This document shows positions 56,445 to 64,000 of a stretch of DNA of 64,000 nucleotides, piece by piece. The notes under the pieces are model-generated. The model was not told where the DNA came from. It made no database searches and was given only the letters and a program-made list of their open reading frames with translations. The translations under genes and the position numbers were made by a program. Position 1 is the stretch's first letter; each line of letters starts with the position of its first letter. This DNA is from Prolixibacteraceae bacterium (GTDB taxonomy: Bacteria; Bacteroidota; Bacteroidia; Bacteroidales; Prolixibacteraceae): the NCBI GenBank assembly GCA_963663675.1, contig OY760498.1, positions 3,517,761 to 3,581,760 of the forward strand, in the 5' to 3' direction.

Positions 56445-57716
56445 CTATTTTAAATCAAAACCCAAATCAGTACGATAATACATCTTATCAAAAAATATCC
56501 TTTCAGCATTTTTATAACTCATCTTCAATGCTTCATCCATCGTATCCGCTATTGAACTGACTGCCAGAACTCTGCCTCCATTAGAAAGAACTTTTTCTCC
56601 CTCCAGCCTGGTTCCGGCATGGAATACTACACTGTCCTTAACAGTTTCAAGGTTCCTGATTTGTTTGCCTTTCTCATAAGACCCGGGATAACCTCCGGCA
56701 ACAATAACCACGGTCACAGCACTTTTGGGGCTAATAAGCAACTCCCTTTCGTTGAGATTGCCCATTGCCACGCCTTCGAAAAGCTCAACAAGGTCCGATT
56801 GAATTCGCATCAGAACGGCCTCAGTCTCAGGATCACCCATCCTTACATTGTACTCGATTAGATAGGGGTCTCCGTCACAATTCATAAGCCCAAGGAAGAC
56901 AAATCCCCTGTAATCAATTCCTTCTTTCTGAAGTCCATGAATAGTCGGAATTACCATTCGGTCTTCCACCTTTTGAATAAATTCGGCCGTTGCGAACGGC
57001 ACAGGTGAAATTGCGCCCATCCCACCTGTATTAAGACCGGTATCCCCCTCACCTATACGTTTGTAGTCCTTAGCCTCAGGTAATATCTTATAATTTATTC
57101 CATCTGTCAGAACAAATACGGAACATTCAACACCTGAAAGAAACTCCTCAATAACAACTGTAGAGCTTGCGCTTCCAAAAAGTCCGCCAAGCATCTCTGA
57201 GAGTGCATCAATTGCCTCCTGTAACCTGTCTAAAATCAAAACACCCTTACCTGCCGCCAATCCGTCAGCTTTAAGTACATAAGGAGCTTTAAGACTTTTT
57301 AAAAACTCAATTCCCTCCTCCTTGTTTGTACTGTTGACCGTAAAATATTTTGCTGTTGGAATTCCGTTTCTGACCATGAATTCTTTGGCAAATTCCTTGC
57401 TTCCTTCAAGTCTTGCACCATCTCTCCCTGGTCCAATCACCGGAATGTTTCTGAGATTTTCGTCTGCAAGGAAGAAATCATGTATTCCTTCTACCAGCGG
57501 AACTTCAGGTCCAACAACAACCATATCAATATTGTTGGTTAGAACTGCCTCACGGATACCTATAAAATCATTAACATCAATAGCAAGATTATGACCCAGT
57601 GCCGCTGTTCCAGCATTACCGGGGGCAATGAAGAGTTCATTGGTATAACTGCTTTGTTTCAACTTCCAGGCAAAGGCATGCTCCCGTCCTCCTGAACCGA
57701 CAATTAATATGTTCAT
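56445..57716 (-). CDS. purD: phosphoribosylamine--glycine ligase
   Basis: MNILIVGSGGREHAFAWKL start, ATP-grasp core, GPEVPLV, 423 aa. Confidence 0.95.
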   Translation of the reverse strand: MNILIVGSGGREHAFAWKLKQSSYTNELFIAPGNAGTAALGHNLAIDVNDFIGIREAVLTNNIDMVVVGPEVPLVEGIHDFFLADENLRNIPVIGPGRDGARLEGSKEFAKEFMVRNGIPTAKYFTVNSTNKEEGIEFLKSLKAPYVLKADGLAAGKGVLILDRLQEAIDALSEMLGGLFGSASSTVVIEEFLSGVECSVFVLTDGINYKILPEAKDYKRIGEGDTGLNTGGMGAISPVPFATAEFIQKVEDRMVIPTIHGLQKEGIDYRGFVFLGLMNCDGDPYLIEYNVRMGDPETEAVLMRIQSDLVELFEGVAMGNLNERELLISPKSAVTVVIVAGGYPGSYEKGKQIRNLETVKDSVVFHAGTRLEGEKVLSNGGRVLAVSSIADTMDEALKMSYKNAERIFFDKMYYRTDLGFDLK

Positions 57717-57905
57717 ATGCTGTAATATTGCCCTGCAAAATAAACAAGATTTTTGTTTAAAAAATTGTGAAAACTTCCTTTAGGGAAATTTATCTTATTT
57801 TTATAGAGTATTAACAACCCAATAGGTGCATTTATTGTTGAGAAAGCACTTATACCAATAAGAAGCTTAACTTATTACTACTTCTAATATTTTATATTGA
57901 TTGGT

Positions 57906-58817
57906 ATGGAAATAAAGTCCATTACAGTAATTGGCAGCACAAATACAGACATGGTTATTAAAACATCTAAGCTTCCTTCGCCAGGTGAGACAATCTTAGG
58001 TGGGCATTTTTTAATGAATCCGGGGGGGAAAGGTGCCAACCAAGCAGTTGCTGCTGCGCGTTTAAACGGGAAAGTGAACCTGGTAGCTAAAACAGGCGAA
58101 GATATGTTCGGTCTGCAGGCAAAGAAATTATTCAGGTCAGAGAATCTGAATACCGATTACCTTACCTCTGATCCTGTTTCACCTTCAGGAATCGCATTGA
58201 TTACTGTTGACGACCATGGTGAAAACTGCATTGTAGTAGCTCCGGGTGCCAATGCATGCCTGTTCAGGGAAGATATTATCAATGCCTTGCCCGCGATAAT
58301 GAAATCAGAGTATATCTTAATGCAACTTGAAATACCGCTGGATACTGTTATGTATGCCGCTGAAATAGCACACAAGGCAGGCAGAAAAGTGATTCTTAAT
58401 CCCGCCCCGGCACAACGACTGCCTTCCGAACTGCTTTCAATGCTTTACATGATCACTCCCAATGAAACTGAAGCCGAATTACTTACCGGAATTCCGGTAA
58501 AAGATATTGACAGTGCAAAAGCAGCCGCCCAGATACTTGTAGGGAAAGGTGTTGAAGTTGCAGTGATAACAATGGGAAGTAAAGGGGCACTTCTTGTTAC
58601 GGATGAATACTCTGAACTAATCCCAGCCTATCAGGTTGAAGCAATAGATACAACTGCTGCCGGAGACTGCTTCAATGGCGCCTTGACCGTCGCACTTTCA
58701 GAAGGCGCAGAATTAAAGGACGCCGTCAGATTTGCCAACAAAGCTGCCTCTATATCTGTCACACGATTGGGAGCCCAGGCTTCAGCTCCTTACCGCCATG
58801 AAGTGGATAATAATTAA
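57906..58817 (+). CDS. rbsK: ribokinase
   Basis: ATG at 57906 (MEIKSITVIGSTNTDMV). GGKGANQAVAAARL and DTTAAGDCFNGAL PfkB motifs. Confidence 0.85.
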   Translation: MEIKSITVIGSTNTDMVIKTSKLPSPGETILGGHFLMNPGGKGANQAVAAARLNGKVNLVAKTGEDMFGLQAKKLFRSENLNTDYLTSDPVSPSGIALITVDDHGENCIVVAPGANACLFREDIINALPAIMKSEYILMQLEIPLDTVMYAAEIAHKAGRKVILNPAPAQRLPSELLSMLYMITPNETEAELLTGIPVKDIDSAKAAAQILVGKGVEVAVITMGSKGALLVTDEYSELIPAYQVEAIDTTAAGDCFNGALTVALSEGAELKDAVRFANKAASISVTRLGAQASAPYRHEVDNN

Positions 58818-58827
58818 TGACCATAAA

Positions 58828-59835
58828 ATGAAAAAATCAACCCTGATAATATTCTTTTTTAGTGCCTGGATGATAGCTGCTTATTACCCATGTGCAGCTC
58901 AAAAGACAATAAATAAAATCAAAATAATTCTGGACACAGACATTGGCCCGGATTACGATGATGTGGGTGCCATGGCAGTACTTCATGCCATGGCCGACAG
59001 CGGTAAAATTCAAATACTTGGCACATTCTCAAGCAACAGGGATTCCTTGGTAGTGCCTACCATTGAAGTGCTGAATACCTGGTTCGGACGTCCGGAAATA
59101 CTGACAGGCAGCCCAAAGAAAGAAGGTGTAAGTATTTCTTCCTCACAACATTGGCCTGACTCCCTCGTAAGCCGGTTTCCACATAAAATTAAATCATCAC
59201 GATTGGCTCCTGACGCCGTAGCCGGTTATCGTCAGATTCTCGCGGCCCAGCCGGATCATTCAGTAACAATCGTGACTATAGGTTTCCTTACTAACCTCAG
59301 TAACCTGTTGCAATCCCAGCCTGATCAGGTGAGTCAACTAAACGGGAAAGAGCTGGTGGCAAAAAAGGTTAAGAGACTGGTTTCTATGGCTGGAGGATTT
59401 CCTTCCGGCAAAGAATTCAATATATATATGGATAGCCCGGCTTCAAAATATTGCTTTGAAAACTGGCCAACTGAAATTGTATTTTCGGGGTTCGAAATAG
59501 GCGAGAAGGTCAAAACAGGTTTAAGATTAGTTCACCATTCAGGCATTGACAATCCGGTGCGGGAGGCTTTCAGGATAGCGATGTACGGGTCTAAAGAGGA
59601 CCGGGGCGGACGGATGAGCTGGGATCAGACAGCTGTTATCATTGCAGTCTATGGCCCGGATCCATTTTTCACCTCGGTAAAAGGCACTATCAGGGTTAAC
59701 CCTGACGGAAGCAACAAGTGGGATGATAATCCTGAAGGAAAACACAGTTATGTCAAATTTAAAATGACCCCGGAAAGTATAAGCAAATTTATTGAAGACA
59801 GGATGATGCATATTCCTGTAAAGAAAAAACAATGA
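58828..59835 (+). CDS. exported inosine-uridine nucleoside hydrolase-like protein
   Basis: ATG at 58828 gives the signal peptide MKKSTLIIFFFSAWMIAAYYPCAAQ. IILDTDIGPDYDDVGAMAVLH resembles the N-terminal Asp cluster of the IU_nuc_hydro fold. It starts 11 nt after the rbsK stop. Confidence 0.65.
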   Translation: MKKSTLIIFFFSAWMIAAYYPCAAQKTINKIKIILDTDIGPDYDDVGAMAVLHAMADSGKIQILGTFSSNRDSLVVPTIEVLNTWFGRPEILTGSPKKEGVSISSSQHWPDSLVSRFPHKIKSSRLAPDAVAGYRQILAAQPDHSVTIVTIGFLTNLSNLLQSQPDQVSQLNGKELVAKKVKRLVSMAGGFPSGKEFNIYMDSPASKYCFENWPTEIVFSGFEIGEKVKTGLRLVHHSGIDNPVREAFRIAMYGSKEDRGGRMSWDQTAVIIAVYGPDPFFTSVKGTIRVNPDGSNKWDDNPEGKHSYVKFKMTPESISKFIEDRMMHIPVKKKQ

Positions 59836-60040
59836 AACCCTCATGACTATTATTCCAATAACAGGATATATAAATCATTGAGGATTCCATACGTACGTTC
59901 TCAGTTTCTAACAATTTACTAATGATATTTTCGAATGAAATGCCCATGATAAAATTATACCATCCCCAGAAAATGATAATAACGTTATACTGTCTGTCCT
60001 TAAAAAAATTAATTATTATCAGATAAAAAAGTAACGAACC

Positions 60041-61618
60041 ATGAAAAAAAATTACTTATTGACCTTGATCCTGGCTGGTTTGCTGGCTGCATGCAGCTTT
60101 CCTGATCCTGACACCAGGATCATCTCACCCGGACAGCTTAAAGATAAAATTGCCGGAGGATGGGCCGGTAAAATCATAGGAGTGACCTATGGGGCACCCA
60201 CCGAATTTCGTGCTTTGGGCCACATTTTTGAAGATTCAATAAACTGGAAACCCAAAGATGTGACAGGAGCCCTTACCCAGGACGACCTTTATGTTCAGCT
60301 CACCTTTCTTATGACAATGGATCAATTTGGCATCAATGCTCCGGCAAAAAAATACCAGGAATTATTTGCCAGGGCGGGATATCAGTTATGGCATGCCAAT
60401 GCACAGGCGAGGAAGAATTATTTCGACAGCATCTTCCCTCCCCGTTCAGGTGCTCCGGAATATAACTTTCATGCCAATGATATTGATTTTCAGATTGAAG
60501 CCGATTATATCGGGTTTATGGCTCCGGGGATGCCCAACACCGCACTCAGTTTAGCTCACAAAATTGGGCATATAATGAATTATGGAGATGGATTTTACGG
60601 AGGTGTTTTTCTTGCTGCACTTTATTCTGAAGCATTTTTCGAATCAAATGTCCGGAAGATTATCGAAAAAGCCTTATATTCTTTACCCCCTGAATCAGAT
60701 TACTCAAAAATCATCACAGACGTGTTAACCCTTAAAGACAAATATCCTGAAGACTGGCGATCTGCCTGGAATGTTATAGAGGAAAAATGGGGGAAAACCC
60801 ACATCTGTACTGCAGGAGAGTCATTTAATATAGATGCAAAATTCAACGGCGCCTATATTATAATGGGCCTCCTTTATGGCAATTCTGACCCGATGAAAAC
60901 AATGGAAATTACCACACGGTGCGGACAGGATTCAGATTGTAATCCTTCCAATGCCATGGCTGTATTGGGTGTTATAAAGGGATTCAGCAAACTGCCTGAA
61001 AATATGAAAAACGCGGTTATGGGGATGCAGGACTCACTTTTTATTTATACCGATTACTCCTTCAAAAAAGCTGTTGACCACACATACAAATATGCACTGG
61101 ATATGGTAACAGAAGTTGGAGGCACAGTAAAAAAAGATGAAATCTGGATCAAGAACCAGGATCCGGTTCCGGCTGCCTTAGAGATAAGCTTCCCCAAAAT
61201 GGTCTTAAGCGAAAAAGTGTCGATCTTCGATGAGAAACGTTGGAAATTTTCCGGTAAATGGCAAACATTTCAATTGGAACCTGAAAACTCAACGATAAAA
61301 ACCAATCAGTCAAAATTCTCGAACAAGAAGGGAGATTCTCTGGAATTCGAATTTGAAGGAAATGCAATTTCACTGGAAGGAAACTGGACCAAAGATGCCG
61401 GGAAAGCTGATGTTTTGATCGACGGGAAATTATATTCTTCATTCGATTCCTTTTTCTATTACAACAACCAGGAACAAACGCCGATCAACATTTGCCATGT
61501 GCTGAATCTTTCACCCGGCAAACACACATTAAAACTGGTGATTACCGGCGAAAAGAAACCGGAATCGCTGGACAGCAGGATTTATGTGTGTGATGCCCTG
61601 GTTTTTAAAACTGAATAA
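60041..61618 (+). CDS. exported ADP-ribosylglycohydrolase-family lipoprotein with extra C-terminal beta-rich domain
   Basis: Lipobox LILAGLLAAC. ARH-like GGWAGKIIGVTYGAPTEF and CGQDSDCNPSNA metal-site contexts. A ~145-aa C-terminal extension starts around nt 61180. Confidence 0.7.
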   Translation: MKKNYLLTLILAGLLAACSFPDPDTRIISPGQLKDKIAGGWAGKIIGVTYGAPTEFRALGHIFEDSINWKPKDVTGALTQDDLYVQLTFLMTMDQFGINAPAKKYQELFARAGYQLWHANAQARKNYFDSIFPPRSGAPEYNFHANDIDFQIEADYIGFMAPGMPNTALSLAHKIGHIMNYGDGFYGGVFLAALYSEAFFESNVRKIIEKALYSLPPESDYSKIITDVLTLKDKYPEDWRSAWNVIEEKWGKTHICTAGESFNIDAKFNGAYIIMGLLYGNSDPMKTMEITTRCGQDSDCNPSNAMAVLGVIKGFSKLPENMKNAVMGMQDSLFIYTDYSFKKAVDHTYKYALDMVTEVGGTVKKDEIWIKNQDPVPAALEISFPKMVLSEKVSIFDEKRWKFSGKWQTFQLEPENSTIKTNQSKFSNKKGDSLEFEFEGNAISLEGNWTKDAGKADVLIDGKLYSSFDSFFYYNNQEQTPINICHVLNLSPGKHTLKLVITGEKKPESLDSRIYVCDALVFKTE

Positions 61619-61706
61619 ACAGACTCTCTGATTTGTTCAAATAATTACTTCCTTTTAAACTGATATTCATCTTATTCATTTATACAACCAAAATTAACCA
61701 GACACC

Positions 61707-62705
61707 ATGTACATTGTTGAAACTTACTCAGTGGCAGTTCTTTTGTCATTTGTTACCATGCTCTGCTGGGGTTCATGGGCCAATACTCAAAAACTGGCTG
61801 AAAAATCTTGGCGGTTTGAACTCTTCTATTGGGACTATGTAATCGGGATCCTGCTGATGGCGTTGTTTTTCTCCTTTACGTTAGGCAGTTATGGAGTGCA
61901 GGGACGAAGTTTTATTGCTGATCTGAAGCTGGCAGATCCGGTAAATATTCAAAAGGCTATCCTTGGAGGAGTTATTTTTAATGCCGCAAATATACTGGTT
62001 GCCGCCGCTATTGCCATCGCAGGAATGTCCGTGGCTTTCCCGGTAGGAATAGGAATTGCTCTCGTTTTCGGCGTAATAATAAATTATATTGCTACCCCAT
62101 CGGGGAGCGCTGTTTGGCTGTTTACCGGAGTGGGACTTGTGACGGCTGCCATTGTCACAGATGCTGTTGCCTATCGGAAAAAGGCCTCACAATCGATGAA
62201 AATACCTACCAAAGGGATCCTCTTGTCATTGGTGGGCGGAATTATGATGGCCATGTTTTACAGATTCGTGGCTAGCTCTATGGCCAAGGATTTTGAACAA
62301 CCGGAAGCCGGGTTTTTGACTCCGTATACTGCCACATTCTTCTTTGCTGTCGGAGTACTTCTGAGTAACCTGGTATTTAATACCATTCTGATGAAGAAGC
62401 CATTTGAAGGTGAACCTGTGAGTTATATCCAATATTTCAGCGGAGGTTTAAAAGAGCACCTGACCGGAATTTTGGGTGGGATGATATGGTGCATTGGAAT
62501 GTCCCTGAGTATTCTGGCAGCAGGAAAGGCCGGGTTCCCGATCTCCTACGGTTTGGGTCAGGGGGCGACCTTGGTTGCTGCCTTATGGGGCGTATTTATA
62601 TGGAAGGAATTCAAAGGGTCGAAAGGAACTACCGGATTACTAACTTCCATGTTCCTGCTCTTCATTCTGGGCATCGGAATTATCATCTACGCAGGAAGTA
62701 ATTGA
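61707..62705 (+). CDS. DMT-superfamily sugar transporter, GRP (glucose/ribose uptake)-like
   Basis: 10 predicted TM helices, 332 aa, with N-terminal LCWGSWANTQKL. It is the last gene of the ribokinase cluster. Confidence 0.55.
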   Translation: MYIVETYSVAVLLSFVTMLCWGSWANTQKLAEKSWRFELFYWDYVIGILLMALFFSFTLGSYGVQGRSFIADLKLADPVNIQKAILGGVIFNAANILVAAAIAIAGMSVAFPVGIGIALVFGVIINYIATPSGSAVWLFTGVGLVTAAIVTDAVAYRKKASQSMKIPTKGILLSLVGGIMMAMFYRFVASSMAKDFEQPEAGFLTPYTATFFFAVGVLLSNLVFNTILMKKPFEGEPVSYIQYFSGGLKEHLTGILGGMIWCIGMSLSILAAGKAGFPISYGLGQGATLVAALWGVFIWKEFKGSKGTTGLLTSMFLLFILGIGIIIYAGSN

Positions 62706-62717
62706 TTCAAAACAAAG

Positions 62718-62757
62718 AAAAAAAAAGAGGGTATCTGTTAGAAACCCTCTTTTTTTT
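62718..62757. terminator. bidirectional rho-independent terminator
   Basis: A9-GAGGGT / 11-nt loop / ACCCTC-T8, between the transporter (+) and the cold-shock gene (-). Confidence 0.8.
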
Positions 62758-62775
62758 GTTCGAAACTTGCTTTAT

Positions 62776-62967
62776 TTAAGCTTGTTTTACGTTTACGGCG
62801 ATAAGACCTTTTCTTCCGTCTTGTAGTTCGAAAGTTACATGGTCGTTTTCTTTGATTTGATCGATCAATCCTGTTACGTGTACAAAGTACTCATTTTGAG
62901 ACTCATCGTCTTTAATAAACCCAAATCCTTTTGTTACATTAAAGAATTTGACAATTCCTTTACTCAT
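62776..62967 (-). CDS. cold-shock domain protein (CspA family)
   Basis: GIVKFFNVTKGFGFI and YFVHV RNP motifs, 63 aa. Confidence 0.9.
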   Translation of the reverse strand: MSKGIVKFFNVTKGFGFIKDDESQNEYFVHVTGLIDQIKENDHVTFELQDGRKGLIAVNVKQA

Positions 62968-62992
62968 TTATTATTATAATTTTAATTCGGAT

Positions 62993-63000
62993 CAAATATA
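62993..63000 (-). promoter_or_regulatory. -7 promoter box TATATTTG (minus strand) upstream of the cold-shock gene
   Basis: The plus strand reads CAAATATA. It lies 26 nt upstream of the ATG at 62967. Confidence 0.4.
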
Positions 63001-63022
63001 ATATTTATTTCGATATAATCAG

Positions 63023-64000
63023 TTAACCTGCCTGAAGCCGTAAAGTACTGATTCGTTCAATCTTTTCATTAGCAAATTCTGGAGTGATTACCATGCTGGT
63101 TCCCCCTTCTGATGGCATCTCAAACATTGCATCAATCATTATGGTCTCACAAATTGATCTCAATCCGCGTGCACCAAGTTTGAACTCGATAGCTTTGTCG
63201 ACAATAACATCGAGGGTCTCTTCCAAAAACTCCAGTTTAATACCGTCCATCTCAAATAATTTGTGGTATTGTTTTATGATAGAATTTTTGGGCTCGGTTA
63301 GAATTCTGCGTAAGGATTCCCTGTCGAGCGGCACCAGGTAGGTTAATACAGGCAAACGGCCAACTATCTCGGGAATCAATCCAAAAGCTCGTAAATCCTG
63401 TGGAGAAACATACTGAAGCAAATGATCCCTGTCAATTTTACCATGTTCTACTGATGCCTTGTAACCAACGACCTTGGTGTTCAGCCGAAGTCCGATTTTT
63501 CTTTCGATACCTTCGAAGGCTCCTCCGCAAACAAACAATATATTCTTGGTATCAACGGGAATCATCTTCTGCTCAGGATGTTTTCTCCCTCCCTGCGGAG
63601 GAACATTTACAATTGCACCTTCCAAAAGTTTGAGCAACCCCTGTTGTACTCCCTCACCCGAAACATCACGGGTGATGGAAGGATTATCTCCTTTGCGGGC
63701 AATTTTGTCTATTTCATCAATAAAGACTATTCCGCGTTCTGCGGCCTCAACATTGTAATCTGCGGCCTGGAGCAGGCGGGTCAGAAGGCTCTCAATGTCT
63801 TCCCCCACATAACCGGCCTCTGTTAAAACAGTTGCGTCAACTATGGTAAAGGGAACATGCAACATCCTGGCGATAGTCTTTGCCAGCAGGGTTTTTCCTG
63901 TACCTGTCGGACCAACAAGAATGATATTTGATTTTTCAATCTCGGTGCCATCTTCAGAAACTTTCTGGTTGAGCCTTTTGTAATGATTGTAAACTGCAAC
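63023..64000 (-). CDS. clpX: ATP-dependent Clp protease ATP-binding subunit ClpX, 5' end beyond window
   Basis: The frame stays open to nt 64000. Upstream of the listed Met it reads ...[45 protein letters not shown] (Walker A), and Walker [10 protein letters not shown] follows. Confidence 0.95.
   Translation of the reverse strand, partial: VAVYNHYKRLNQKVSEDGTEIEKSNIILVGPTGTGKTLLAKTIARMLHVPFTIVDATVLTEAGYVGEDIESLLTRLLQAADYNVEAAERGIVFIDEIDKIARKGDNPSITRDVSGEGVQQGLLKLLEGAIVNVPPQGGRKHPEQKMIPVDTKNILFVCGGAFEGIERKIGLRLNTKVVGYKASVEHGKIDRDHLLQYVSPQDLRAFGLIPEIVGRLPVLTYLVPLDRESLRRILTEPKNSIIKQYHKLFEMDGIKLEFLEETLDVIVDKAIEFKLGARGLRSICETIMIDAMFEMPSEGGTSMVITPEFANEKIERISTLRLQAG

Overview
This 64-kb window reads as a chromosomal segment of a Bacteroidota genome. 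The evidence is a T9SS PorP/SprF gene next to a type-B CTD cargo, a DapL-type lysine pathway, an extended S16, exact TAnnTTTG -7 boxes in front of many genes, and signal or lipoprotein peptides on the glycan enzymes. I can support about 45 protein-coding genes. I found no rRNA, tRNA, CRISPR array, transposase, integrase or phage genes. Most genes are housekeeping: dnaE, trxA, rpsP, rimM, tsaC, lysA, dapF, dapL, ruvC, greA, ahcY, ribF, lpxH, rmuC, purD and clpX. Three accessory blocks stand out. (1) nt 1-12322 holds an EEP-family gene, a Y_Y_Y-propeller/LytS-type kinase with a separate LytTR regulator, and an operon of a DUF5009/HGSNAT-like membrane protein plus two diverged GH92 alpha-mannosidases. 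Each GH92 carries a PA14 tail, and there is no SusC/SusD pair. (2) nt 27171-45308 holds a 17.1-kb gene for a ~5,700-residue SprB-class surface protein followed by its own PorP/SprF gene. The protein is built from nested repeat hierarchies: 29 x exactly 79 codons, 3.4 x a ~428-residue five-domain supermodule, 10 x ~85 aa, 5 x ~77 aa, 2 SprB repeats, an HYR domain and a T9SS type-B CTD. This is my best candidate for something worth deeper study. (3) nt 57906-62757 holds a ribokinase, an exported nucleoside-hydrolase-like protein, an exported ADP-ribosylglycohydrolase-like protein and a GRP-type transporter, resembling a stripped-down ribose-scavenging (rus-like) system. Smaller oddities are two predicted leaderless mRNAs, a Rieske-fold lipoprotein with all cluster and disulfide ligands replaced, and a TlpA-like protein lacking CxxC. 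There is also a tandem plus inverted 14-nt repeat hairpin and a 17-bp palindrome in the dapF/dapL divergent region. Several genes have only TTG/GTG starts (GT2, PorP/SprF, tsaC, ruvC, lpxH, ribF). All family names come from motif recognition by eye, and no searches were run. Domain boundaries inside the giant gene come from hand counting and may be off by a few codons.
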